Of a stretch of 64,000 nt of DNA, positions 17,975 to 27,324 are shown piece by piece. This DNA is from a virus. Its lineage: Duplodnaviria; Caudoviricetes. The translations under genes were made by a program, and so were the position numbers. Under the pieces are notes generated by a model that was not told the origin of the DNA, did not search any database, and saw only the letters and a list, made by a program, of their open reading frames with translations. Every line of letters starts with the position of its first letter. Position 1 is the stretch's first letter. The DNA lies in IMG/VR virus record IMGVR_UViG_3300036546_000109, positions 23,182 to 87,181 of that record, one strand, 5' to 3'.

Positions 17975-18003
17975 ACGTAAGATAAAGAAAACTAGGAGGT
18001 AGT

Positions 18004-20559
18004 ATGCAACCTTGGCATCTGGTGTGGGACATTGAAAGTACAGGACTGCTAAACAGCTCAAGCATTGACTACACAAGCGTTCCTTATAAGCTTAAGGATT
18101 CGTTTCGTATTCACTGTATTGTTGTAAGCGTCGTTATGAACGGGAAGGAATATATTTACGGCTTCCATAATGGGGAGAAATATATCTTCGATGGTCGTGC
18201 ATACTCCCTCACCGTTGAGGGTGTTGAATATAAGCTGGATGAAGGATATGAACCAGTGGATTATATCCATAAACCGTTAGAGGATTTTCCCAAGTTTGTG
18301 AAAGCCATCCCTGAAAATAGTGTAGTTGCCGCACACAACCAGATTAATTTCGACTTACTTGCCGTGAAGCTTTACTACGGTATTCCATACGAAGTTGAGA
18401 GAGATGTTTCGATGGGGTGTGATCTTGGTGATGACTATTGGGATGGCAAAAAGGTTGTGTTTGACGATACTTTAGTTCGCTCCAAAACACTCAACCCGGA
18501 TCGATTCGGGGGACACTCTCTGGACGCACTCTCCGAGAAGACTGGCGTGCGTAAGATTGCATTTCGCAAGCATTTGCCGCAAGACGAACGCTTTAAACAT
18601 TTCGGCCCAGACATGCTGTACTACAACATTTATGACGTTAAGGCAAACCGGAGCATTCTGCCGATGCTTGATCTTGAACAGCAGGCTTACGGTTGGGGAA
18701 GTAAATGGAATCATGCCATCAAGCTTGAAAAGGCTGTTGCTGAGCTGATTACCCGACAAGAGCACCGAGGGTTTAAGTTCGACCTTGAATTGGCGTATAA
18801 GAATCTGGATCGCTTGGATGCGATGATGGAAGAGCGGAAGATGAAGATTGAAGCTATTCTTCCTAATCGCCCTGCGACTAAGAAAGTTATGGATGACAGC
18901 ACACCTTGTAAAATTCAATTCAAGAAGAACGGCGAAATTTCCGCGAACCTTGAGAAATTTGCTGAAAAGATGGGGGCTACATTAACAGAAGATAAGAAGT
19001 TTATTTACTCTGGACAGGTGTATGATCTACCACTACCTTTGGAGCCTCTTATCACAGAAATGAAGGCAACCGTAAACGACACTACGCACATCAAGGAGTG
19101 GCTAATTAGTCTAGGCTGGAGTCCTTCGGAATATAAAGAGAAAGACCTTACGGTAGATACAAAGAAGAATAAGCTTGCGCCTGAGAAGTTAAAAGCTGCC
19201 ATAGATCGTTATGTGGAGCAGACGGTTGGAAGTAACTTCTGTAAAGATCGTTGTGAGCATTTGGGTATTGTAGTCGGTCCTCGTATGACGAAACAAACCA
19301 TCAAGGATAAACTCAAACGCGAACTTGAGAAACGTGCAGAACGTCGTGGTGGCATTAAGGTACTGACTAACCCAAGCTTCACTGTCGGGCAAGAGAAAGA
19401 GATTTGTCCAGATTTGGAGAGGCTTGCTAGTTCTTCGGAAAAGCTTCGTTGCATTACAGATATTACCGAATATCTCACTTACCGCCATCGGCGTAACAGT
19501 ATTCTCGGTGGTGGTGCTGATTGGGACGACGATGAAGAGCCAGAAAAGGGTTATCTGTCTGCTGTACGGGAGGATGGGCGTATCCCTACACCGGCAGATA
19601 CTTGCGGCGCTGCTACTTCAAGATTCAAGCACAGGCTTGTGGCAAATATTCCCCGTGTAACATCGCTGTTTGGGTATGAAATGCGAGCTATGTTTGGTGT
19701 TGATGAGCATTGTTACCAAATCGGTTACGATTTTGATAGCCTTGAGGCGCGAGAAGAAGCAAACTTCTGTTGGCCCTTTGAAGTTGGAGAAGTTAAGGAG
19801 TATTGCAACTCCTTGCTTTTGGACAAACCGAACGATGTACATACGAAGATGGCAGAGAAGATTTCTGCTATTATTGCAAGGGAATTTACACGATCCCCTG
19901 CGAAGTCGGTTAAATATGGGGCAACCTACGGGGCACAGGGGCCGAAGATTGCAAAAACAATTGGTTGTGATGTCGAGACAGGGAATCAAATCTTTGAAGC
20001 TTTTTGGGAGGCCGCTGCCCCGCTTAAGAAGCTGAAAGATGCTCTGAATATTGAATGGGGGAAGTTTGATAAGAAACGTATTATTGGGATTGACGGTCGC
20101 TTGGTGCCTACACGCTCAGCTCACGCAATTCTAAACAGTAAGTTTCAAAGTGCTGGTGTTATCTGTGCCAAGCGTGCTATGGTGTTGCATGACCGCAAGC
20201 TGAGAGATGCAGGATTGTTGGTGGATTTCTTTAGAGACGATTGGACTAAGAAAGATTTTTGTCAGCAACTTATGGCCTATCACGATGAGGCTCAGTTGGA
20301 GACGAATAAAGGCTCTGTAGTCTTCAAGCGCTTTGAGACAAAAGAACAGGCGCAGGCTTTTAAAGATCAGCAGACGGAGCAGCATGGAAAGATTTGGAGT
20401 GATATCAAAGATTCACCCAAGGGGGGTGTTTACGTGGCTTATTGTTTGGGAGGGCATCTTGCGGTAGAGTCTGTGAATCAGTCTGGACGTGATTACGGAA
20501 TGGTTATTGACTTGACTGCGGGGTATATGGTGGAGCGCTCGTGGGCAGGATGCCACTAG
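18004..20559 (+). CDS. polA: DNA polymerase, family A (T7-like, Tyr at the 762-equivalent position)
   Basis: Exo I VWDIES, motif A YDFDSLEAR, motif B RSPAKSVKYGATYG, motif C YHDEAQ. Confidence 0.95.
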   Translation: MQPWHLVWDIESTGLLNSSSIDYTSVPYKLKDSFRIHCIVVSVVMNGKEYIYGFHNGEKYIFDGRAYSLTVEGVEYKLDEGYEPVDYIHKPLEDFPKFVKAIPENSVVAAHNQINFDLLAVKLYYGIPYEVERDVSMGCDLGDDYWDGKKVVFDDTLVRSKTLNPDRFGGHSLDALSEKTGVRKIAFRKHLPQDERFKHFGPDMLYYNIYDVKANRSILPMLDLEQQAYGWGSKWNHAIKLEKAVAELITRQEHRGFKFDLELAYKNLDRLDAMMEERKMKIEAILPNRPATKKVMDDSTPCKIQFKKNGEISANLEKFAEKMGATLTEDKKFIYSGQVYDLPLPLEPLITEMKATVNDTTHIKEWLISLGWSPSEYKEKDLTVDTKKNKLAPEKLKAAIDRYVEQTVGSNFCKDRCEHLGIVVGPRMTKQTIKDKLKRELEKRAERRGGIKVLTNPSFTVGQEKEICPDLERLASSSEKLRCITDITEYLTYRHRRNSILGGGADWDDDEEPEKGYLSAVREDGRIPTPADTCGAATSRFKHRLVANIPRVTSLFGYEMRAMFGVDEHCYQIGYDFDSLEAREEANFCWPFEVGEVKEYCNSLLLDKPNDVHTKMAEKISAIIAREFTRSPAKSVKYGATYGAQGPKIAKTIGCDVETGNQIFEAFWEAAAPLKKLKDALNIEWGKFDKKRIIGIDGRLVPTRSAHAILNSKFQSAGVICAKRAMVLHDRKLRDAGLLVDFFRDDWTKKDFCQQLMAYHDEAQLETNKGSVVFKRFETKEQAQAFKDQQTEQHGKIWSDIKDSPKGGVYVAYCLGGHLAVESVNQSGRDYGMVIDLTAGYMVERSWAGCH

Positions 20560-20574
20560 TCTCCAAAAATCCCC

Positions 20575-20603
20575 TTGACAATCACTAAAACATGCTTCAC
20601 AAT
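20575..20603 (+). promoter_or_regulatory. middle-type promoter
   Basis: TTGACA-N17-CACAAT. Confidence 0.55.
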
Positions 20604-20681
20604 GTATGTACATTAACAGGAGCGGGACGTAACCCGCTAACGTTCAAACGCCACTGGGGCTTTTAAAAGAGGAGAGAAGAG

Positions 20682-21008
20682 ATGGCATCTGTAACTAAAA
20701 CAATCACTGAAACAATCGGAGAAATTCAGAAAACAACATCCATGTATTTCAGTTCCTTTGAAGATTTCATGGAATATGAGCGTGTTGCTAATAAGGAGGG
20801 CCAACAAGACAACAAGACAGCTTTGAAAGAGCTTGTAGTAGGAAAGCAATACCGGGTTGTAAAAGATATCTCAGACCACTGTCAAGATATCGGAGACATT
20901 GTAACGGTCACGGAATATGATGAAGAGGACTACCGTCTTCCGTATCGTGTGGAAGATGCTCTTGGTAATGGTAGTTGGCTTAAACCAGAAGAAGTGGAGG
21001 AAATTTAA
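20682..21008 (+). CDS. hypothetical protein with SH3-like C-terminus
   Basis: 108 aa, GAGGAG RBS. Confidence 0.7.
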   Translation: MASVTKTITETIGEIQKTTSMYFSSFEDFMEYERVANKEGQQDNKTALKELVVGKQYRVVKDISDHCQDIGDIVTVTEYDEEDYRLPYRVEDALGNGSWLKPEEVEEI

Positions 21009-21176
21009 ATGAACATTGAAAAGATTAAAGCATGGGCTACAACAGATGAGAAAGGAAATGTAATTGCTTTGTGTGAGACACGCGATCAAGCGCGTTCTCA
21101 GCTTCGTTATGCAAAGCGTCATGGACACACTAAATTTAAGCTTGTTAAGCTTTCATTTGACAGTTTTCAACGATAA
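21009..21176 (+). CDS. small basic protein (55 aa)
   Basis: GGAGG RBS, abuts the upstream stop. Confidence 0.6.
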   Translation: MNIEKIKAWATTDEKGNVIALCETRDQARSQLRYAKRHGHTKFKLVKLSFDSFQR

Positions 21177-21190
21177 GGAGGGTGTATAAG

Positions 21191-21352
21191 ATGTGGTTCA
21201 TTTTGGGAATGATGTTTCTGATTATGTTTGGGCTGAAGCTTGCGGGAATTGCTACGATTAGCTGGGCTGTTGTCACTGCTCCTTTGTGGGCACCAGTGGT
21301 GATTGTGGGCCTTCTGTTCGTCTGCTCTACGATGTATTTTAAGAGCAAATAA
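21191..21352 (+). CDS. two-helix membrane protein (LKLAG.ATISWAVVTAPLW)
   Basis: GGAGG RBS; common phage membrane-protein motif. Confidence 0.65.
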   Translation: MWFILGMMFLIMFGLKLAGIATISWAVVTAPLWAPVVIVGLLFVCSTMYFKSK

Positions 21353-21365
21353 TTGAATTATTCTC

Positions 21366-21394
21366 TTGACGAAAAGAGAAAAGTTTGAAACAAT
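21366..21394 (+). promoter_or_regulatory. middle-type promoter
   Basis: TTGACG-N17-AACAAT. Confidence 0.6.
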
Positions 21395-21516
21395 ACAAAG
21401 CTTCAACGGAGGAGGAAATTATGGAGGTAATAAATTTGACTGTCTAAATCTGATGTAAACGCACGCAACAAACGTAACAACAAATGTATTTTCAAAAGAA
21501 AGAGGATTTAAACATT

Positions 21517-22140
21517 ATGGCAACTGTAAACAACTGCACCTTCATCTACACCAAAATCCAATCTCCGGTTAAGGCTTATAATCAAGTCGATACCGAGTGG
21601 TCTGTAGATGTTGTGATGAGTAAAAAAGACGCGAAGGCTATCAAGAAGGAGTTTCCTAAGACTTCGCTGAAAGAGTTTGAAAACGATGAGTTTCAAGAAA
21701 AGTTTGGTTTTGCTGCTCCTTTCCCAGATCAGGACGAGCAGTATATTCTCAAGTTCAAGAAGTCTCATGTTAAGAATGGCAAAGAAACTCCTGAAAAGTA
21801 CCGCCCACGGGTGATTCAACAGCTTGCAGACGGTACTCGTGAAGACATCACCTTCACTAAGCTTGTTGGTAATGGTAGTAAGGGTGTTCTTTCGTATCGG
21901 ATTAAGGAGACTTCTACCTACGGCAATTTTGTAGAGCTGCAAGCAATCCTCGTAACTGATCTTGTTGAGTATCAGTCCAAAGGTGGTGGCGTTACAGACG
22001 ACTTCGGTGATGTAGCCCTTGCCCCGGCACCACAATCTGAACAGGTTGTAGAGATTCAGGGTGATCCGAAGGCAAAGGCTAAGTCACGTCAGCCTACCCC
22101 TGAGCCTGACTTCGAAGAAGACCTAGACATTCCCTTCTGA
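21517..22140 (+). CDS. ssb: single-stranded DNA-binding protein (T7 gp2.5-like)
   Basis: Position in the replication cluster; VGNGSKG motif; acidic tail ending DIPF. Confidence 0.75.
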   Translation: MATVNNCTFIYTKIQSPVKAYNQVDTEWSVDVVMSKKDAKAIKKEFPKTSLKEFENDEFQEKFGFAAPFPDQDEQYILKFKKSHVKNGKETPEKYRPRVIQQLADGTREDITFTKLVGNGSKGVLSYRIKETSTYGNFVELQAILVTDLVEYQSKGGGVTDDFGDVALAPAPQSEQVVEIQGDPKAKAKSRQPTPEPDFEEDLDIPF

Positions 22141-22208
22141 TTTGTCTTTGTAAATCAATAGCTTACAAGCCCGTCTGAAATACGGCGGGCTATCTTAGGG
22201 GAAATGAG

Positions 22209-22418
22209 ATGAAAACCATTAGCCTAACAGATGAAGAGGCTTACATCCTTGCTTGTATCATTGGCTATATGAAGCCAAACAGTAATGTATATGGTCTTTT
22301 AGGGAAGATGGATGCTCTTGTTGATAAAGAACTTGACTGTGATGACTTCGACCGAGTAGCTTTTCAGATAGACATTGAGAAGGGTCAAGTAAGTAACGTA
22401 GAAATCGTATTTAATTGA
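22209..22418 (+). CDS. hypothetical protein
   Basis: 69 aa ORF. Confidence 0.55.
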   Translation: MKTISLTDEEAYILACIIGYMKPNSNVYGLLGKMDALVDKELDCDDFDRVAFQIDIEKGQVSNVEIVFN

Positions 22419-22437
22419 TTGAGGAGAAAATAAAGAT

Positions 22438-22698
22438 ATGAGTATTTCCCAACGCGAATTGTTTGATCGTCTTGTTGATCTTGAGTCTCAGAAACTGACT
22501 ATTGCTGACGATATCAAGCAGATTAAAGACGATGCTAAATATGATGAGGATGAGAATCCTCAAGGTATCAGCAAAGAAGATATTAAGCTGATTGCAGCCG
22601 CAGCAAAGCTTGAGGCTAAGCGTGATTACGAAGAGAAGCGTGAAGCTGCAACTGCCGTCTTCCGTAAATACGAAGAGCTTACTTGCTACAATAGCTAA
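22438..22698 (+). CDS. GapR/DUF2312-like double-stranded DNA-binding protein
   Basis: RLVDLESQKLTIADDIKQIKDDAK resembles the GapR N-terminal helix pattern. Confidence 0.6.
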   Translation: MSISQRELFDRLVDLESQKLTIADDIKQIKDDAKYDEDENPQGISKEDIKLIAAAAKLEAKRDYEEKREAATAVFRKYEELTCYNS

Positions 22699-22743
22699 TT
22701 CAAATGGGGCTGATTTACAGCCCCCCTTCTTTTAGGAGGGAGG

Positions 22744-23376
22744 ATGACAAAGAAATATAAGTCCAGTTACTACAACTCGGGCGGGGTGTATAAGACACGA
22801 CATTCCCCTCCTAGTAATGCTAAGACAAAGGCTTGTCAGTTGTGGGAAAATATCAAGAACAGGTGTGAGTATTTGCCATATAAAGACCCTGTACGTTTTG
22901 CTAACTATATAGATGTAGATTGTTGTCCAGAGTGGAAAGATTTCCAAAACTTCGCACAGTGGTTTGAAAGCGTTGTTGAAAATGGATATTTTCACGAAGG
23001 TTGGCATTTGGATAAAGATTTGTTGGTCAAGAATAATAAAATCTATTCCCCGGCGACCTGTGTATTTCTTCCAGAGGGAATCAATAAAGCACTCAGCACG
23101 AGGAGTGGGGATCGAGGGAAATTTCCGGCGGGATTGTGTTATGGGAAATTTTCTAAAGCTTTAGGTGAGATGACGTTGCAAGTTACTTTTAGTTGCAAGC
23201 ATCCAGACTTCTATCTAAAAACGGTTGTTCCTATTTCTAGGCTCGAAGAGTGTTTTAAAATGTACAAAGATGCGCGGGAGAGCTACATCCGGTATCTTGC
23301 AGGTGTCCATAAAGAACAACTTGACCCAAGAGCCTACGATGCACTTATGAAATATGAAATAACAATGGAGGACTAG
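22744..23376 (+). CDS. HNH-family homing endonuclease
   Basis: CPEWKDFQNFAQWF...WHLDKDLL...YSPATCVFLP; paralog of 33010..33636. Confidence 0.8.
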   Translation: MTKKYKSSYYNSGGVYKTRHSPPSNAKTKACQLWENIKNRCEYLPYKDPVRFANYIDVDCCPEWKDFQNFAQWFESVVENGYFHEGWHLDKDLLVKNNKIYSPATCVFLPEGINKALSTRSGDRGKFPAGLCYGKFSKALGEMTLQVTFSCKHPDFYLKTVVPISRLEECFKMYKDARESYIRYLAGVHKEQLDPRAYDALMKYEITMED

Positions 23377-24336
23377 ATGAGTTTATGTGTGATAGATGGT
23401 GACTTGATTGGGTTTAAATCGTCTGCTGCTTGTGAGAAGCGATTTATTAAAGCTGTCCACAAAGCAACGTCTCGTAGCAAAGACTTCCAGCATCGGACAG
23501 CTTTCCGTGATTGGTTGAAAGAGCAAGATAAGTGGGAAGAGTCCGAGTTTGAAATTGTTGATGATAGGACTGTTGACCCAATTGAAAATTGCTTGCATAC
23601 TGTGAAAGTGATGATTGATAATATCTGGAAGGCTTCTGGTTGTGCTGAGTTTAAGATTGTTGTGCAAGGAGAGGGGAATTTTCGTGATAGCCTTCTCCTT
23701 CCAACAAAATACAAAAGTAACCGAACAGACAGCATCCGACCCTTCCATCTGAAAGAAGTACAGAGCTATTTGATTGGTAAATACAAGGCAGAAAAAGCAA
23801 ACGGCAGAGAGAGCGACGATGTTCTTTCTTCTTATGCCTACGAAGGTTTTAAGACTAAAAAGCGCATTGTTCAGGCCACAATCGATAAAGACGCCAAGCA
23901 ATGCGCTGGCTGGCTGTATGATTGGGATAAGATGCAAGAACCGCGCTTTGTTAGTGGTCTTGGGGAACTGTTTCTGAACGAGAAAGGGAAGGTCGATGGT
24001 TATGGTAGAAAATGGCTGTATCTTCAAGCTACAATAGGTGATCCAAGTGATGCTTATAAGCCAACGGAACTTTGTGGCATCAAGTATGGAGAGAAGGCAG
24101 CGCTGAAAGATTTTGCCGATCTTAAGACAGACAAAGAGTGTTGGTTAAAGATGCAAGAGCTGTACAAGACTTGGTATCCAGAGGAAATCACTTATACAGC
24201 TTGGAATGGCCAAGACATCGTTGCTTCTTACCTCGATCTTATGCAAATCTATCTTGATTGCGGTCACATGCAGAGGTGGGAAGGAGATAGGGTCAATGTT
24301 CGAGATGTATTTGACAAGATGGGAATTAGTGTATGA
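23377..24336 (+). CDS. 5'-3' exonuclease (T7 gp6/PIN-like)
   Basis: VIDGDLI, NFR...YKSNR, ESDD, IDKD, GDPSDAY motifs. Confidence 0.88.
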   Translation: MSLCVIDGDLIGFKSSAACEKRFIKAVHKATSRSKDFQHRTAFRDWLKEQDKWEESEFEIVDDRTVDPIENCLHTVKVMIDNIWKASGCAEFKIVVQGEGNFRDSLLLPTKYKSNRTDSIRPFHLKEVQSYLIGKYKAEKANGRESDDVLSSYAYEGFKTKKRIVQATIDKDAKQCAGWLYDWDKMQEPRFVSGLGELFLNEKGKVDGYGRKWLYLQATIGDPSDAYKPTELCGIKYGEKAALKDFADLKTDKECWLKMQELYKTWYPEEITYTAWNGQDIVASYLDLMQIYLDCGHMQRWEGDRVNVRDVFDKMGISV

Positions 24337-24866
24337 AAGAGCCTTGGGAGGAATACCCACACATATTCAAAACCAAGTCTGCTTTCTTCACATTCCTTCG
24401 TGGTAAGCTTCGACAAGCTCTTTGGAATCATTGGCCCGGAAAGATTGAGTTTAAGAAAGAGATGGCTTTTCTTCCACCAGAGGGTTACACTGGAAGGGCT
24501 AAGAAACTTGGGAAGTGTGCATTGACAGGAGAAGTTGATGCAATCTCTAAAATGCAGGTCGATCATATCATTGGCAATGTCAGCTTAAGAGATTGGGAGG
24601 ATGTTCTTCCTTTTATTCTCCATCTCTGCGCAAGCAAAGAGAACATGCAGCTCGTAGCTGTAGAGGCGCACAAAATTAAGAGCTTCGCTGAGAAGAAAGG
24701 AATCAGCTTTGAACAGGCTGTCATTGAAAAGGAAGCGATTGCAATTTGTAAAGCTAAGCAGGATGTGGATTGGCTGAAAGAGCGAGGAATCAAACCAGAT
24801 AAAAACGGTTTGAAGAGACGAGGGCAAATTATTAAAGCTCTGATGGAGGAGAAAGAAAATGAATAA
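24333..24866 (+). CDS. HNH/endonuclease VII-like nuclease
   Basis: CALTG...MQVDHIIG motif; coupled to the exonuclease. Confidence 0.65.
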   Translation: MKEPWEEYPHIFKTKSAFFTFLRGKLRQALWNHWPGKIEFKKEMAFLPPEGYTGRAKKLGKCALTGEVDAISKMQVDHIIGNVSLRDWEDVLPFILHLCASKENMQLVAVEAHKIKSFAEKKGISFEQAVIEKEAIAICKAKQDVDWLKERGIKPDKNGLKRRGQIIKALMEEKENE

Positions 24867-24984
24867 ATATGAAGAGATGCTTGAGCTAGACAAGGATAAT
24901 TTCTTTGCTTGTTGGTTCTTTGCAGAAATTGTTCAGTTTGGTGTGTTTGCTAATGTGTTTATGAGCCAGATTGGTGTGGTGTGA
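24859..24984 (+). CDS. small hydrophobic protein (41 aa)
   Basis: GGAGG RBS. Confidence 0.5.
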   Translation: MNKYEEMLELDKDNFFACWFFAEIVQFGVFANVFMSQIGVV

Positions 24985-25139
24985 TGGAATGCCAATATAA
25001 GCTTGGGTATGAGGATGCTCTTATCCAGTGTCTTGTAAATACAAAAGAGCTAATCAATGAGCTTGGAGAAGAGCAAGGGTTGAAAGCTCTTCGAGATTGG
25101 CTTAAACATGAGCTTAAGAATATGGGAGGTGAAGAATGA
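24984..25139 (+). CDS. small hypothetical protein (51 aa)
   Basis: Overlapping stop/start at both ends. Confidence 0.55.
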   Translation: MECQYKLGYEDALIQCLVNTKELINELGEEQGLKALRDWLKHELKNMGGEE

Positions 25140-25318
25140 ACACTTTAGTTTTACATAGACCAGTAGCAGGGGATTGGACTGTAGCCTACCTGAATGACAA
25201 ACTCATTTATGAGGGACACAGTGGTTTGAATGACCTTTCTTGGGAAGTATTGTGTTCACTTGGGGTGGAAGTTAAGACAGTAGAATATTCTGATGAAGAG
25301 TTTCAGGAGAAGTTCTAA
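25136..25318 (+). CDS. hypothetical protein
   Basis: 60 aa, GGAGG RBS. Confidence 0.6.
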   Translation: MNTLVLHRPVAGDWTVAYLNDKLIYEGHSGLNDLSWEVLCSLGVEVKTVEYSDEEFQEKF

Positions 25319-25516
25319 ATGAAAGAAGACATTTATTATACAAATCTAATGATAAAGCTTGAGAAGCTTGAAGATAAGATTGAACGTCTTGAAAAGATTC
25401 TTCTTTCTCATCCTATTGAGCTGAAGACAAACTTCACCATTGAGAAGCCAATTACACCAGAAGACTTTAGCAGCTTTCTGGAATTTGGAGAAAACTTCCG
25501 CACTAACGCTAATTAA
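25319..25516 (+). CDS. hypothetical protein
   Basis: 65 aa, AGGAG RBS. Confidence 0.6.
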   Translation: MKEDIYYTNLMIKLEKLEDKIERLEKILLSHPIELKTNFTIEKPITPEDFSSFLEFGENFRTNAN

Positions 25517-25528
25517 GGAGATTAAATT

Positions 25529-26305
25529 TTGCGACACCTATTTCTACCAGACGTACAGGCAAAAGAGGGAGTTCCACTGCAACATCTTGAAGCAGCAGGA
25601 AACTATATCGTAAAGAAGCAACCAGAAGTGATTGTGTGTATTGGTGATTTTGCTGATATGCCGAGCTTGAGTTCTTACGATGTAGGTAAGAAAAGCTTTG
25701 AAGGGCGTATGTACACCAAGGATGTTGAAGCTTCTCGTAAAGCTATGGACATTCTTCTTGGCCCCCTGAAGCAATACAATATGCAGCAGGCTCTTAACCG
25801 CAAGAAGCAATATAAACCTCGTATGGTTATGTGCTACGGTAATCACTGCCAAGGTCGTATTGAGCGTGCTATTGAGAATGACCGTAAGCTTGAAGGTTTG
25901 ATTTCAGTAAACGATCTTGGTTTTGCTGAGGCGGGATGGGAATGTCACAACTTTCTAGACATTGTGAATATTGATGGAATTCGTTACAGCCATTACTTCG
26001 TAAACCCAAATAGCTTGTTGAAGAATTGTGTTGGTGGTAACATTGATGCAAAGCTCAAGAATCTTGGTTGGTCATTCAGCATGGGTCACCAACAAACTTT
26101 GCAATACGGTGTACAATACCTTCCAGACGGTGAATGTCGTCAAGGTCTTGTTGCAGGAGCTTTCTATCTTCACGACGAGAGCTATATGGGTGGTCAAGGT
26201 AATAAGAGTCATTGGCGCGGTATTGTGATGAAGAACCAAGTTGAGAATGGTAGGTACGATCCTTGCTTTGTCTCTATGAAGTATCTTTTGGACAAATACC
26301 TGTAA
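25529..26305 (+). CDS. calcineurin-like metallophosphoesterase
   Basis: LPDVQ, IGDFAD, YGNH, YSHYF, GHQQ motifs; TTG start. Confidence 0.9.
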   Translation: MRHLFLPDVQAKEGVPLQHLEAAGNYIVKKQPEVIVCIGDFADMPSLSSYDVGKKSFEGRMYTKDVEASRKAMDILLGPLKQYNMQQALNRKKQYKPRMVMCYGNHCQGRIERAIENDRKLEGLISVNDLGFAEAGWECHNFLDIVNIDGIRYSHYFVNPNSLLKNCVGGNIDAKLKNLGWSFSMGHQQTLQYGVQYLPDGECRQGLVAGAFYLHDESYMGGQGNKSHWRGIVMKNQVENGRYDPCFVSMKYLLDKYL

Positions 26306-26309
26306 CCGC

Positions 26310-26338
26310 TTGACAGACAAAAGAAAAGATGAAACAAT
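26310..26338 (+). promoter_or_regulatory. middle-type promoter
   Basis: TTGACA-N17-AACAAT. Confidence 0.6.
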
Positions 26339-26400
26339 ACGCAGCATGGACGACAAGGAAGGGAAAGGATTCCCAAAGAGAAATTAGAGAGGAGAACGAA

Positions 26401-26832
26401 TTGAAACTGAAGGTAAAACGTTTGTATCCAGAAGCTAAGCTTCCAACTTATGCAACTGAAGGAGCTGCTTGTTTTGACATCTCTACATATCTTAATGGGG
26501 ATGTAGATCATGGTGAAGCACATGTATTTTCTACAGGACTCGCATTTGAAATTCCAGAAGACCATGTTATGCTTGTCTTCAGTCGTAGTGGTCACGGGTT
26601 TAAGAATGATGTGCGGCTTTCCAACTGCGTTGCCGTGATCGACAGCGATTTTCGTGGAGAATTAATGATTAAATTAGCTTGTGATAAGCCGGGCTGGGGT
26701 CTTGAGGTTAATGCCGGGGAGAGGATTGCTCAGGCTATGGTTATCCCTGTCAAGCAAGTGCAGTTTGAAGAAGTAGATGAGCTTAAGTCTACGAAGCGTG
26801 GTGATAAAGGGTTGGGATCGACGGGACGTTAA
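26401..26832 (+). CDS. dut: trimeric dUTPase
   Basis: AACFDI, SRSGHG, VIDSDFRGE, RGDKGLGSTG; TTG start after GAGGAG. Confidence 0.92.
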   Translation: MKLKVKRLYPEAKLPTYATEGAACFDISTYLNGDVDHGEAHVFSTGLAFEIPEDHVMLVFSRSGHGFKNDVRLSNCVAVIDSDFRGELMIKLACDKPGWGLEVNAGERIAQAMVIPVKQVQFEEVDELKSTKRGDKGLGSTGR

Positions 26833-26889
26833 ATGTCTAACATTCGTTACATCTAAGCAAGATTGTTATGTAGACGTAACAGAGGAGGA

Positions 26890-27324
26890 ATGGAAATGAA
26901 AGTTCGAGTGAAGGTTGCTAATTATGAGTATATGGGGTTGATGAAGGGTTCTGTACATGATGCTTTTGTGTACACAAACTCTTTGGGTAATGTGGAATAT
27001 CACTTCACACTAAATGGCAGGAAGTGGGCATTGGCTGATGTGGATTGTGAAGAAGTGCCAGTACCAAACGAAAAGCTTCTTGATGTGATTAATACAGACT
27101 TGAAGCAAGACTCAGTTCTTGATATTCAGCACGGCGGCAGTCACTACAAAGACAAAAAGATTCAGCCAATTGAATACATCACGGCAAACAATCTTGATTT
27201 CTGCCAAGGAAACATTATTAAGTATGCGACACGTCACAAGGACAAGAACGGGGCTGAGGATATCCGTAAAGTTATCCACTACGCACAGTTTATTTTGAAG
27301 TTTCAATACGGGGAGGAGATTTAG
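26890..27324 (+). CDS. DUF3310 (SaV-like) domain protein
   Basis: GGSHYK...QPIEYI...FCQGNIIKYATR..K...EDIRKVIHY. Confidence 0.8.
   Translation: MEMKVRVKVANYEYMGLMKGSVHDAFVYTNSLGNVEYHFTLNGRKWALADVDCEEVPVPNEKLLDVINTDLKQDSVLDIQHGGSHYKDKKIQPIEYITANNLDFCQGNIIKYATRHKDKNGAEDIRKVIHYAQFILKFQYGEEI

Noticed and set aside
26329-26400. N-terminal extension of dUTPase from the ORF track
   Set aside because: That ATG lies within the promoter spacer and -10 region; a TTG with a GAGGAG RBS at 26401 gives a normal-length enzyme.
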